Shown: positions 19,320-29,108, numbered from the stretch's first letter. The stretch: DNA of 38,759 nucleotides from a virus (IMGVR_UViG_2706794681_000009), one strand, 5' to 3'. Translations and numbers: made by a program. The notes: generated from the letters alone by a model not told the origin.

Positions 19320-20452
19320 TATTGCATTTCCTCTTTCATTTTCAGGAACTCGGCTTCGGTTTTACCCAACAGACGTGCGGCGGCGATATCTTCAGCCGAC
19401 AGCACAGCGGTGGCGGTCTTTTTATCCGGCACGGTTACGGTGTCGGTCTGAAGAGTGGTCAGAGCCGCAACCGGCTGGCGGGCGTCAAGCTGTGCAGAAA
19501 GTGCCGCGACGCCAATCTGTTGTCCGAGTCCTTCCATGTATCCGCGTTCGCTTTTGAAAATGCGTCCTTCGGACTCGGCCTTATCCAGCAACTGCTCCAG
19601 CGTGGTGCTGCCGTGTTGTGCCGACAGCGCGGCATATTCGGTACGCAGGGCGTTATACGTCTCAACGGGCACATATTTCGTCAGATCAATAGTGCCGCCA
19701 GTTGGTGTGCCTTTTGCGGTTTCCAGTTCTGCCGACAGGCTGGCAACCTGCGTTTTCAGGGTGTCGTGCGCATCCGCACGGGTTTTGATCCCGGTAAGGG
19801 CAGACAGCGCCGCCGTGCCCAGTTCCGGTGTAAATTCGTCACCGTCAGCCACGGTCAGACCGAGCGCCGTCAGCAACTGGCGTAATTGCTCATTCATGGG
19901 GGATTGCTCCTGAGAAGGGGAAACGACATAGAGATCATCAGCACTGAGTGCCGCGACAGGGTTCATACCCGTAATACCCGGATCATTCGTCAGGGAAGCC
20001 ATGCGCAACAGGTAGGGTTCCCCGGTGTCAGCGAAATAATGCATATATGCAGACAGATAGGCATATTCACGGTCATCAATATGTTTTTGTGCCTGTGGTG
20101 TCCATTCAGGTTTAATGAAAATCCCCTGACCCTCACGCCATTCGATGTTTTCCGGCTTAACCCATCCTGCAGCAATAGCCTTGAATCCGTTTTTCTGCGC
20201 ATTCACGGAGTGATGGTCATAATCAATCAGTAACGGCTGATGCAGGGCGGAAAGCCCGGCTTTCATCCGGTTACAGGCGGATTCGTTAATCAGCCAGCCT
20301 TCAGTCGGTTTTTCCGGGCGACCGTCACGGGCCTTTACCCGACCGGCTGGCAGTAACTGACACCATCCGTCGCCGGATGCAGTCAGCGAAGCTGAAAGCA
20401 CGGCTAAACCGGAGGGGCGATTTGCGTCTTTTGGGTGATTTTCTGTCTTCAT
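19319..20452 (-). CDS. Head maturation protease/scaffold (Mu I-like)
   Basis: 377 aa; protease-like N-terminal region and coiled-coil Ala/Leu-rich C-terminus. Confidence 0.7.
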   Translation of the reverse strand: MKTENHPKDANRPSGLAVLSASLTASGDGWCQLLPAGRVKARDGRPEKPTEGWLINESACNRMKAGLSALHQPLLIDYDHHSVNAQKNGFKAIAAGWVKPENIEWREGQGIFIKPEWTPQAQKHIDDREYAYLSAYMHYFADTGEPYLLRMASLTNDPGITGMNPVAALSADDLYVVSPSQEQSPMNEQLRQLLTALGLTVADGDEFTPELGTAALSALTGIKTRADAHDTLKTQVASLSAELETAKGTPTGGTIDLTKYVPVETYNALRTEYAALSAQHGSTTLEQLLDKAESEGRIFKSERGYMEGLGQQIGVAALSAQLDARQPVAALTTLQTDTVTVPDKKTATAVLSAEDIAAARLLGKTEAEFLKMKEEMQ

Positions 20453-20629
20453 ACCGGCAGCATAAGCCGGGTATTTTTGGGGCTGGTTTTGCGGGACTTC
20501 AGAAAGTGCTGACAGGGGGGGAATGAGAAAGGCGCTTCACGCAGATTTTAAAGCCCGTTAAATACAGGTTAGAAAATCACGACACGCGCCTGAAGGGGGT
20601 AAGGTAATACGTTTGCATACCTTAAACCA

Positions 20630-21103
20630 TTACGGCGTTTCTGTGGCCTTTTTAAAGCGTTTTCTGATTTCGTCCATGATCTCCTGTTCTGCCACCTGAT
20701 CAAAGCCCATATACGGACGTGCGCCAATGGCCGCCGGTCCCGGTGGCATACCAGGCAGGCCACCCCACTGATGAATGGCTGCATAAGGTTCATTTGATCC
20801 AATCAGCGCCCAGGTATCGCCATAATCCGTGGTCAGGCGGCGGGCCAGATCGCCGTTCAGCGTCAGGATTTTGCCGGGCGTGTATCCCTTACGGGTACGC
20901 CACTCACGGTAAGGATCTGACCAGTCATGCCAGCGTTCACCATCCGGCTCTTTTTCCTGCTCAAACGCCATTTCTGACGATGACAGAAGACTCGCCGCCA
21001 CACTGCGGGCCAGGTCTTTTCCGCCGCCCACAAACTGAAGCCGGGCAAACACTCGCTGGAGACGCGTAACGTCAACAACGACAGCTGCATCAATGGATGA
21101 CAT
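20630..21103 (-). CDS. Virion morphogenesis protein (Mu G-like)
   Basis: 157 aa; synteny after F-like gene. Confidence 0.65.
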   Translation of the reverse strand: MSSIDAAVVVDVTRLQRVFARLQFVGGGKDLARSVAASLLSSSEMAFEQEKEPDGERWHDWSDPYREWRTRKGYTPGKILTLNGDLARRLTTDYGDTWALIGSNEPYAAIHQWGGLPGMPPGPAAIGARPYMGFDQVAEQEIMDEIRKRFKKATETP

Positions 21104-21224
21104 ATTGCCTCCGCATAAAGGATGAATATAAAATAAACAGGCGGTCAGTGTACGCTTAACTGGTAAAGTCGGTGCCTGCCTCCGGGTGGATCATGTATGC
21201 GGGTTCGACCCCCGCCACTGACCG

Positions 21225-22556
21225 TTAATCAATTTGTCCTTCCAGCACCTCAAGCATTCCGCCCCGGATATCCGATTTCAGCTTATCCATATTGATAACC
21301 CGGTAAGCATTCACAATCACATCCAGTTTGTCGGGCTGACGTTTCAGACTGTACGGTGCATTAACGGCAATCTGCACACTGCCATCCTGATTTTCCACGA
21401 TATACATCAGATTGTTGTGCCGTTTGTCCCACAGTACCGCTTTTGGCCTTGCCAGCATTGCCGGTAAGCGCCCGAAGTCCTCCGGCGTCAGAGCGATGCC
21501 GTCATTCTGATGTTTCACACTGTCCGCATGGAGCACATTTTTACCGCTCATCGCCAGCAGGCGGGCCGGTGGCGTTCCCGTCCGGCTTTCCACTGCCTGC
21601 GCAATGCTTTCAGTCATAAAGCCCAGCGTGCGGATATCGTTACCACCTCGCCGGGTCTGCATGATGTTTTTTGCCCAGATGCGGAACGCCAGCTGCCGCT
21701 CCGGGCTGTTGTTCATCTCCTGAACCACCATTTCCCGTAACGCCGGGCTTTTCACCTCGATCAGTTTGCGGATCAGCGCCTGGTCTGTGCCGAACGCTGC
21801 CGAGCCGGGGTTATATGACCAGCCCACATCCGGTGTCATGGTTCTGGCGCCATCTGAATATGTGGTCACCGGCATTTCTCTGACTTCTCCGGTCTGTTTA
21901 TCCACGCCAGCCTCAACATTGCGGGTGGAGAGATGATCCTCACCGGATGAAACGGATAACCCCATTGCATCCAGACGGGCCTGAGACAATGGCCGCACAC
22001 GGCAGCGGCAGTTCCAGCCATTGGGCGGGTAGTGTGTTTTCCAGAACGGATCGTCATAGCGGAATACCAGACCGTTAAGGGCGGAATGCGACGGGCGGGT
22101 ACGGCTGTCCATGACCGCCACATACTGCCAGAACGGATGCGTGTCCGTGTTGTTCATCATCTGCGTGTAACGCCCGGCATTGTAAGCCACACGGGTGTTC
22201 ACGTTGTAAATCAGCGCCAGACGACGGGGACTGCCCTGCTGCACTTCTTCCGCGTTACCGTCGCTGTCCACCACAATCTGCTTTCCCCACCATCCCAGCT
22301 TTTGCAGGCGTGGCGTCAGTGTGCGGATAAATTCTTTCTGTGAAATCCCCTCATCAATGGCCCGCTGCACTTCGGCCTGTAATGTGGTTACCACATCCAG
22401 CCGTGCCGTTTTTGCTGCCGTGAATGAGCGGGCATGAACATCCGCGTCTGTTTCGAACCAGTTCCAGCTGATATGCGCCCCTTTGGCGCGGAAGTATGCC
22501 ACCGTCTCTTTTGAGGGAAGCGTGGCGGCATAACCTAAATCAATCCCCTGAGCCAT
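21225..22556 (-). CDS. Head morphogenesis protein (Mu F-like)
   Basis: 443 aa directly downstream of portal gene. Confidence 0.7.
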   Translation of the reverse strand: MAQGIDLGYAATLPSKETVAYFRAKGAHISWNWFETDADVHARSFTAAKTARLDVVTTLQAEVQRAIDEGISQKEFIRTLTPRLQKLGWWGKQIVVDSDGNAEEVQQGSPRRLALIYNVNTRVAYNAGRYTQMMNNTDTHPFWQYVAVMDSRTRPSHSALNGLVFRYDDPFWKTHYPPNGWNCRCRVRPLSQARLDAMGLSVSSGEDHLSTRNVEAGVDKQTGEVREMPVTTYSDGARTMTPDVGWSYNPGSAAFGTDQALIRKLIEVKSPALREMVVQEMNNSPERQLAFRIWAKNIMQTRRGGNDIRTLGFMTESIAQAVESRTGTPPARLLAMSGKNVLHADSVKHQNDGIALTPEDFGRLPAMLARPKAVLWDKRHNNLMYIVENQDGSVQIAVNAPYSLKRQPDKLDVIVNAYRVINMDKLKSDIRGGMLEVLEGQID

Positions 22557-24129
22557 CCAGCATCCCCTTCATTTCCGCAGCAAACATGGCATCACTGAGC
22601 AGCGTCATCAGGCGGGAATCATCCATTTCACGGTAAAGGGCAGGCAGGTCTGCCAGTGCCTCCGCCAGCCCCCGCGTTCTGATGACATCAATGACCGGCT
22701 CCAGCACCGGATCGATGGCCTCCTGTAAGCGGCGGGCAGGCACCGCGTCCCCCATGTCGTCCAGTTCATCACGCGGCGTGTTTTTCGCTTCCGGCAGTCG
22801 GGCTGAAAGCGCCGTCTGTTCTGTCTTTTCCTGTTTTTCCGGTAGCGTTTCCCTGTCAGGCATGGCCGGTTCATTACTGCTCTGACGGACACGGAATATG
22901 GCTTCACCGGGCGTGGGCTGTGGAATACCGGTCTGATCCCGTACCCAGGGATCAGGAATATCCATCCCCGCACTGAGTTGCATCACCGCACTGGCTATTT
23001 TGGTGATATCCCCCGGTTCTTTGGTCTGGAAACAGATACGCGGCAGGCGACGGATATCAATGGCGTGGGCGGTGTTCAGGGCATACAGCGGATACACCAG
23101 ATCGCGGTTCAGGGTTGCAGCCAGCTGGCGTAAATCAGAATCCCTGATTTCCCGGCGCACCTCGTTATGCACCTCACCCAGCGAGCGCGCGCCTTTGTCT
23201 CCGGCTTCTGTGGTCAGCGTGCCGCCGAGTATTGCTTTGGAGATGGAACGCTCACCCCACGAAATCATGGTTTCAAACGGATCGGCCTGACCGTTCGCTG
23301 CCGCCTGAAACTCCAGCGACATCCCGGCCGGGATGATCCCGCCTGTACGTCGCCCGATATCCATCACCGCCCGCATCAGGGCACTTTTCTGCTCCGGTGT
23401 TGCCCCGGACGGGTATTTCCCGACCTTCATTGGCAGGCCGTACACCTCCAGAAATTCCGCCAGATCGCGCACGGAATAGTTTTTGAAAATGAACGGCCAG
23501 ATAAGCGTTCTGACAAGCCCCGTCGCACCACCGTAGCCGGTGCGTGAACGCGACTGATGCACTATCCAGCCAAAGGGCTGAAACGCCACCCCGGCATGGC
23601 TGCCGTCACGCAGCCGCAGTTCGCTCAAATCATCCGGGTTAAGGCAGAAATGCCCGCTGTCACGCCAGCGGATGGCGCGGATGATGTGCATTTTACCGAG
23701 CATCCCGTGCTCAATTTCCATGCAGGAATAGCCCTTCAGGATGGCATCCGTGGCGTCAAACAGCATGGCATCAAACCAGTCTGCGGAATGCAGATATTCG
23801 TCGAGCATTTCCGCGTCCTTTTTCTCATTCGCGCTGGCGTTCGGTGGCGGCTCAATACTCCATGGCACCCCCTGAATGGCAAGACGTCGCTTGCCCAGCT
23901 CCGCAAAAAGGTGGGTGTCCTTTTCTTCAATATCAGCGGCCAGATCGGACTGGGCAATCAGATCGCCACGTTCAGCCCCGCGAAGGCACTGCGCCGCCCG
24001 GTTCGGGGTGATACCCGAAGCCGGATGTTCAATATAACGGCTGGCAATCTGCGGAATATCCAGCGCGGCACTCTGCATCTCCGGGTCAAAGGAGAAAGGT
24101 TTTCCGTCAGTATCAATGATGCGTCCCAC
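22540..24129 (-). CDS. Portal protein (Mu gp29-like)
   Basis: 529 aa downstream of large terminase. Confidence 0.75.
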   Translation of the reverse strand: MGRIIDTDGKPFSFDPEMQSAALDIPQIASRYIEHPASGITPNRAAQCLRGAERGDLIAQSDLAADIEEKDTHLFAELGKRRLAIQGVPWSIEPPPNASANEKKDAEMLDEYLHSADWFDAMLFDATDAILKGYSCMEIEHGMLGKMHIIRAIRWRDSGHFCLNPDDLSELRLRDGSHAGVAFQPFGWIVHQSRSRTGYGGATGLVRTLIWPFIFKNYSVRDLAEFLEVYGLPMKVGKYPSGATPEQKSALMRAVMDIGRRTGGIIPAGMSLEFQAAANGQADPFETMISWGERSISKAILGGTLTTEAGDKGARSLGEVHNEVRREIRDSDLRQLAATLNRDLVYPLYALNTAHAIDIRRLPRICFQTKEPGDITKIASAVMQLSAGMDIPDPWVRDQTGIPQPTPGEAIFRVRQSSNEPAMPDRETLPEKQEKTEQTALSARLPEAKNTPRDELDDMGDAVPARRLQEAIDPVLEPVIDVIRTRGLAEALADLPALYREMDDSRLMTLLSDAMFAAEMKGMLDGSGD

Positions 24130-25796
24130 TACCAGCCCCCCCGATCAAATTCATGATATGCCTCATCGTCATCACGATAACCGCCCTCCATTGCCCGCGA
24201 CCGCTCCTGTAGCGCCTGACAGGCTGATTCATCCAGGATGAAGCCCTCCATGTATGACGCCCGGTTTGCCATACAGAGCGCCACGGCAAAATCACCATGG
24301 CGGCGGGCGTTCGCAGCCGTTGCGTTCTGGTCCTTCGTGCGCCCCTTGTCGATTTGCGGGATACCATTCACTACCTTCACATGGCGCAAATCATCAAGCG
24401 TGGTCTGATGGCGGGCGACGAGGATATTCTGATCTTCAAACTCGGCTTTCAGTTTTGGCATCCACTCGCCGTACCACTTCGGCGACAACATCACGCAGTC
24501 GATGATGTCCGGGCCAAAGGCCAGCAGTGCGGCCTCTGCCAGATAGCCGCCGTTACCGGTGGCGTCGAACGCCGCACCGACCAGCGCCGGAACGCGGGTC
24601 AGGATGTACATCATCACCTGTTCCTGCTGGGCATACGGCAGGTTGCGCAGCTCCACGCGAAACACCTCGCGCTTTGCCAGGGATTCGGTGATTTCCAGCA
24701 GCACAAAGCAGGACAGGTCACCGGTGCGGGCAAAGTCTTCCCCGAAGCTGAAGCGGGAACGGGGATTTAATTTCTCTAAAAGCGGTTTTAAATGTTCTTC
24801 ACACCAGGTTAAAACTTCCGATTCACGCAGCCATGCGGCACGGCTGATGAAGTTGTCCGGGGCTTCAAACGTCAGAATCGGGATGTCGCGGATCATCGCC
24901 ATTTCAATAAGCGCGTGGGGGATATAGGCACCGCCGGATTTTTTCGGGATACAGCCGTATTCCTCGTCGGCATCCTCACGGGTCGGGGCGTTTTTGTAGA
25001 GATCATCACGCCATTTCTGCTCGCTTTCCGGTGACCATTCCTGATCGGTGACGTAACAGATACGACGGTACAGCCCGTCCGCAATGGCATCATCCAGGGT
25101 TATGCGGTGGACGCTGTAATCCTTGCGCCCCTCGCGGGCTTCCTGAATGTACTGATTAAACAGATTATCGACGCCGTTATGCGTGGAGATAATACGCACG
25201 CGCGCGCCCCACATAGTGAGCGCCATTGCCGCCTTGAGAAGCTCATCCAGTGACTCGTGGAACGCGGCTTCATCAATCACCACATCCCCCTGAAGGCCGC
25301 GCAGGTTTGACGGACGGGAAGACAATGCCTGAATTTTGAATCCACTGTTCGGAAAGCGGATCATGTAGGTCAAAATTTCTTCTTTTTTATCCCGATCCCA
25401 GAATGTCTGCTCATACACATCAGCATCTGCCAGCTGGTTAAAGGCACGGGAGAACAGCGCGCAGGCAGAAATATATTCCAGCGCCATCTCCTGCTTTGAT
25501 CCCACATAAAACACATTGCGGCCACCACGACGCTTCGGTTTTGCAGCAGTAATGACGTTACGCCCGGCTTCCGCCCAGGTAAGACCGGTGCGGCGGGATT
25601 TCTCCGCGATGCAGACCTGACTTTCATCTGCAAACCAGCGGGCCTGATAATCCAGAAACACCGGCATATCACCGGGCAAATCAAGGCTGTCCGGCACATC
25701 CACGCCCAGCAGGGCTTTTTCACCTGACAGATCAATTTTGCGGGGAGGCGTCATTTGCATCAGTGAAGGCGACGTTTCTCTGGCTTTGTTCATCAT
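24129..25796 (-). CDS. Terminase large subunit
   Basis: 555 aa; ATPase/nuclease-type composition; synteny. Confidence 0.8.
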   Translation of the reverse strand: MMNKARETSPSLMQMTPPRKIDLSGEKALLGVDVPDSLDLPGDMPVFLDYQARWFADESQVCIAEKSRRTGLTWAEAGRNVITAAKPKRRGGRNVFYVGSKQEMALEYISACALFSRAFNQLADADVYEQTFWDRDKKEEILTYMIRFPNSGFKIQALSSRPSNLRGLQGDVVIDEAAFHESLDELLKAAMALTMWGARVRIISTHNGVDNLFNQYIQEAREGRKDYSVHRITLDDAIADGLYRRICYVTDQEWSPESEQKWRDDLYKNAPTREDADEEYGCIPKKSGGAYIPHALIEMAMIRDIPILTFEAPDNFISRAAWLRESEVLTWCEEHLKPLLEKLNPRSRFSFGEDFARTGDLSCFVLLEITESLAKREVFRVELRNLPYAQQEQVMMYILTRVPALVGAAFDATGNGGYLAEAALLAFGPDIIDCVMLSPKWYGEWMPKLKAEFEDQNILVARHQTTLDDLRHVKVVNGIPQIDKGRTKDQNATAANARRHGDFAVALCMANRASYMEGFILDESACQALQERSRAMEGGYRDDDEAYHEFDRGGW

Positions 25797-26041
25797 GCTT
25801 TACCTGTCAGAATGCTTTTGATTCGGGACTCAAGCTCTTCAGTCATCACGTCCACGCCGCTCAACTCATCAGTGGCAGCCTCTGCCAGCAGCGAATGCAG
25901 TTGTTCCAGGGATATTTCCCCGGCAATGCTGAGTTCAGTCAACTCACGACATACCTTTATGGTTTCAGGAGGTAACTGTGTTGCAAGACTGAATGCTTTC
26001 TGATGGGCACTGCTCATCAGTGAGCGGTTATCTGTTGCCAT
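25793..26041 (-). CDS. Small protein paralogous to the C-terminus of the small terminase subunit
   Basis: 82 aa; ...ATDELSGVDVMTEELESRIKSILTGKA aligns with ...VTDELRGVDGMSEQIEFRIRQMLLGKA of the upstream gene. Confidence 0.45.
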   Translation of the reverse strand: MATDNRSLMSSAHQKAFSLATQLPPETIKVCRELTELSIAGEISLEQLHSLLAEAATDELSGVDVMTEELESRIKSILTGKA

Positions 26042-26051
26042 GATTCACCTC

Positions 26052-26633
26052 CTACGCCTTACCCAGCAGCATCTGCCTGATACGGAATTCGATCTGCTCG
26101 CTCATGCCATCCACGCCGCGCAACTCATCGGTGACCGCATTCGCCATCTCTTCAGCAAATGCGGCCCGGATTTCTTTTTCACGCTTAATGCTGCGCTCGG
26201 CGGCACTTTCTGCACGCTGTGCCGACAGGAGGATGTCCTTAATAAGGCGCATATCCACATCGCTGTCGCTGTTCAGGGATTCGGTGGCGGCACGCAGACG
26301 GCGGTACATCAGGGCACGGGACATCTCCAGAATCAGTGCCGTGGTTTCACCGGTCGGCTTATCCCCCAGTTCGGCCATCATGGCTTTTGTCTGCTCGCGT
26401 AAATCACGCAGATTACGGGCAATCAGCTCATTACGGGAGGCTTCCCGGCTGATGGCCGCCGGTGAGAGCTGCTGCTCTTCCGGCAGACCTGCTTCACGGA
26501 TCAGACGGTTGATTTCCTCGCGGATCTGGACCTGCGTCAGACGTTTTTCACGCAGCATTTCCAGCAGCGGCTTACGGATGCTGTCGGGGAGCAAATCCAC
26601 CTTGCGTACACGGCCACGCGCTGGCTTATCCAT
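26052..26633 (-). CDS. Terminase small subunit (Mu gp27-like)
   Basis: 193 aa basic N-terminus, position before large terminase. Confidence 0.6.
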   Translation of the reverse strand: MDKPARGRVRKVDLLPDSIRKPLLEMLREKRLTQVQIREEINRLIREAGLPEEQQLSPAAISREASRNELIARNLRDLREQTKAMMAELGDKPTGETTALILEMSRALMYRRLRAATESLNSDSDVDMRLIKDILLSAQRAESAAERSIKREKEIRAAFAEEMANAVTDELRGVDGMSEQIEFRIRQMLLGKA

Positions 26634-26635
26634 CG

Positions 26636-26926
26636 TTACCCCCTTGCGCGTGGTTTCTTCACACCCGGAACGGTGGCGCGGCCTTCCGCCACATCCTGAC
26701 CCCGGCCGGTCAGTTCAGCGATGAAATAACCGTTAACAAGCGTGCGCTTACGCACCAGTCCCTGCTCGGCAAGCCAGGCAATGTGGGTATGAACGGTGTC
26801 GCGGGACACGCGGTGACCGTAATCATCCAGGCAGTCCTGAAGCACGGATTCGCCCAGTTCGCCGTTGTAATCCGCCAGCGACCGCAGAATGACAAGACGC
26901 TGATCTTCAGTAATGAAATCACTCAT
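26636..26926 (-). CDS. Hypothetical protein (Mu gp26 position)
   Basis: 96 aa; synteny. Confidence 0.4.
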   Translation of the reverse strand: MSDFITEDQRLVILRSLADYNGELGESVLQDCLDDYGHRVSRDTVHTHIAWLAEQGLVRKRTLVNGYFIAELTGRGQDVAEGRATVPGVKKPRARG

Positions 26927-27230
26927 TGTGTTTTTTCCTTACAGCCTGCTCCAGCAGCAGTTCGTTCTGATGGGAGACGGATTTCAGGGTGGCATTGGTG
27001 GCCTTAAGCTCACCGCGCAGGGTGGTGATTTCGATATTGAGTCTGTTCACCTCCTGCTGCGTGGGCAGGCCGGAAATCCGGCTCTCCACCCGCTCAACCC
27101 GGTCGGAGAGTTTTTCAAAGGCCTCGCGGGGGACAAAGGTTTTGCGCATCAGCGCCATGAAGATCCCCCCGGCTGTGGCCGTTGCCGACAGGATCGGCAC
27201 GACATAATCTTTAACGATGCTGACCCACAT
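26919..27230 (-). CDS. Membrane/coiled-coil protein (Mu gp25 position; possible lysis accessory)
   Basis: N-terminal hydrophobic helix then coiled coil. Confidence 0.4.
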   Translation of the reverse strand: MWVSIVKDYVVPILSATATAGGIFMALMRKTFVPREAFEKLSDRVERVESRISGLPTQQEVNRLNIEITTLRGELKATNATLKSVSHQNELLLEQAVRKKHNE

Positions 27231-27438
27231 GACCGGCCTCCATGATGTTCTGGCAGTTCACACAACGGATGGCATCCGGCACGGCAACCAGACGGGCAGC
27301 CGGAATGTCACCCCCGCAGTCCGCGCATACACGCCTGCCCGGTGTCTCCGCCACCCGGCGCTTACGTGTCAGCCGGTCACAAAGGGCGCGTTCTGTTGCA
27401 CGCTCCATGACTGCCTGAGCACAATCTGAATCATCCAT
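27211..27438 (-). CDS. TraR/DksA-type C4 zinc-finger protein
   Basis: CADCGG...CVNCQ motif; start trimmed to MDDSDCAQ. Confidence 0.5.
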   Translation of the reverse strand: MDDSDCAQAVMERATERALCDRLTRKRRVAETPGRRVCADCGGDIPAARLVAVPDAIRCVNCQNIMEAGHVGQHR

Positions 27439-27448
27439 ACCTTTTTCC

Positions 27449-27820
27449 TTACTTCGTCTTTCCTGCCGGAACAGCAGTCGTTCCGGCCATATCAGTAAAT
27501 TCATGCTGTCGCTGTGTCTCCAGACGGCGGATGCTGGCCTTGTCCACGTTGCAGTTTTTAATCACCGCCAGCAGTTGCAGGTTGTAAGTGACCGATGCAC
27601 CAAACGTGAACGGCTGCGGCGCGGGAGGGACCAGGCAGTCAGCCAGCCATTCAGCGGGGATCGGCACCGGCTTCACCGGCACGTATTTCACAGACGGCCC
27701 GCCGCACCCGGTCAGCCACATCATCAGGCACAGGCACAGCGGCAGCAGGCACCGTTGCCAGTGACCGGCGGACAATGCTCTGCTGTTCCTCGCTGTGCTG
27801 CATGTTCTGCTGTTTTTCAT
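27449..27820 (-). CDS. o-spanin lipoprotein (Rz1-like), overlapping i-spanin out of frame
   Basis: Signal peptide ending in lipobox LTGC followed by Pro-rich mature region. Confidence 0.45.
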   Translation of the reverse strand: MKNSRTCSTARNSRALSAGHWQRCLLPLCLCLMMWLTGCGGPSVKYVPVKPVPIPAEWLADCLVPPAPQPFTFGASVTYNLQLLAVIKNCNVDKASIRRLETQRQHEFTDMAGTTAVPAGKTK

Positions 27821-28001
27821 TCGTGGCCGCCTTGCTGATTTGTGAAATGAGTTGCAGGGTGCGTTGCTGGTTTGCCAGCACCAGACGGGCTTCGTCCCGT
27901 TCACGCACAAGCACATGATTATTGTCCTCAAGGCGCTGCGTCTTCTGGTGCATTCCCCATACCACGGCAGCCAGCACGCTCATCACCCCCAGCGCCGCCA
28001 T
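27651..28001 (-). CDS. i-spanin (Rz-like); start uncertain (alternative 28151)
   Basis: N-terminal TM helix AALGVMSVLAAVVW then charged coiled-coil region; directly after endolysin. Confidence 0.4.
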   Translation of the reverse strand: MAALGVMSVLAAVVWGMHQKTQRLEDNNHVLVRERDEARLVLANQQRTLQLISQISKAATNEKQQNMQHSEEQQSIVRRSLATVPAAAVPVPDDVADRVRRAVCEIRAGEAGADPR

Positions 28002-28113
28002 ACAGCCTCCGGCAATCAGGGCCGGTAAGGGATTGTTCACCGCAGACACAGCACACCCCGCAGCAGCACAACGGCACACAGCAGCGCAATCATGAGCGGT
28101 CGCCAGAAGCGGT

Positions 28114-28614
28114 TCAGACTTTCGGCAAATCGTAACGACATAACCATTCATCCGCCGAACGGCGGGCCTCAAGACCGGGGAGTTTTACCCCCTTTGAATA
28201 AATCCAGCGGATATACTGCTTACAGGACGCGGGCATCTGCCCGGCATTGATAAGGCGCAGGAGCGTGGAGTTGCGAAAGTTCGTTTCACCGGCCCAGAAA
28301 ATCCAGGAGGCCAGCGCCACCGTCTGACCACGGGTAAGCGGCACCTGAACATGACGATCGATAGCCGCAAAGGCCCATTTCATGTCCTTTTCCAGCAGCT
28401 CCAGACACTCTTCATCAGTTTTTGTCATCCCCGGTTTCACATCCGGGCCGGTATGGCCGTAACAGATGGTGGGGGTGCCGGTGGGATCAATGTACGTGGT
28501 GTTTTCTTTCCCTTCCCAGTAGCCGGTGTAGTGCGTGGCAATGGTGAACGTCCCGGCTCCGGCCAGAACAAGGGCAATCAGCTTTTTACGCAGGGGTGCG
28601 GGGAGTTTTGGCAT
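28114..28614 (-). CDS. lys: SAR endolysin (T4-lysozyme-like muramidase with N-terminal signal-anchor)
   Basis: N-terminal LIALVLAGAGTFTIATHY hydrophobic segment followed by EGKENTTYIDPTGTPTICYGHT catalytic region. Confidence 0.75.
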   Translation of the reverse strand: MPKLPAPLRKKLIALVLAGAGTFTIATHYTGYWEGKENTTYIDPTGTPTICYGHTGPDVKPGMTKTDEECLELLEKDMKWAFAAIDRHVQVPLTRGQTVALASWIFWAGETNFRNSTLLRLINAGQMPASCKQYIRWIYSKGVKLPGLEARRSADEWLCRYDLPKV

Positions 28615-28685
28615 TGTTACGCTGTCTCATGGTGTTCTCTGAGTCAGCGTAACCGTGAGGAAAAGGGGGCAGGATTTGCGGAATA

Positions 28686-29108
28686 TCAGAAAAGCCGTGG
28701 CTGCGTGCGTTCCTGATGCAGGCGACGCTGGTTGCGGATAACGGAGTAAATCTGCGTCTCTGACATCTGGTAGTGGCGGCGCAGGGTTTCAATTTTTTCG
28801 CCCTGGCTCCAGCGGGAAAAAATTTCATTATTGCGCAGTTCGGTGAAAAGGGATTCACCGACCGGGAGATAATAACCACGCCCGCCCATGTACCCGGCCT
28901 GTGCGGCTGCAACCTTACGGGCAAGCATTCCCGCCTGAGCAGGTTCAATCCCCTGACGGTGCAGTTCAGCACTGATCACATCAACCAGGTCCCGCAGCGT
29001 GCCGGGCCAGTTCTTTTTCAGCTCATCATCAGGAATATCATCCAGACGGTCAATCAGCGCGTGCAGCTGTTCGCTGTCACCAAACATGCTCATCTGTGTT
29101 TCAGCCAT
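28686..29108 (-). CDS. Mor/C-family transcription activator, 140 aa
   Basis: Size identical to Mu C; C-terminal HTH; located between gemA-like gene and lys. Confidence 0.7.
   Translation of the reverse strand: MAETQMSMFGDSEQLHALIDRLDDIPDDELKKNWPGTLRDLVDVISAELHRQGIEPAQAGMLARKVAAAQAGYMGGRGYYLPVGESLFTELRNNEIFSRWSQGEKIETLRRHYQMSETQIYSVIRNQRRLHQERTQPRLF

Noticed and set aside
21144-21222. tRNA-like element in the F-G intergenic region: perfect 7-bp acceptor-like pairing (GTCAGTG / CACTGAC) and a T-arm-like GCGGG-TTCGACC-CCCGC
   Set aside because: No 5-bp anticodon stem with a 7-nt loop can be formed in the intervening sequence and the length is 7 nt too long; treated as a coincidental or degenerate structure, not a tRNA gene.
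23557-24156. 199-aa plus-strand ORF inside the portal gene region
   Set aside because: Antisense to a well-supported portal gene; no RBS; shadow ORF.
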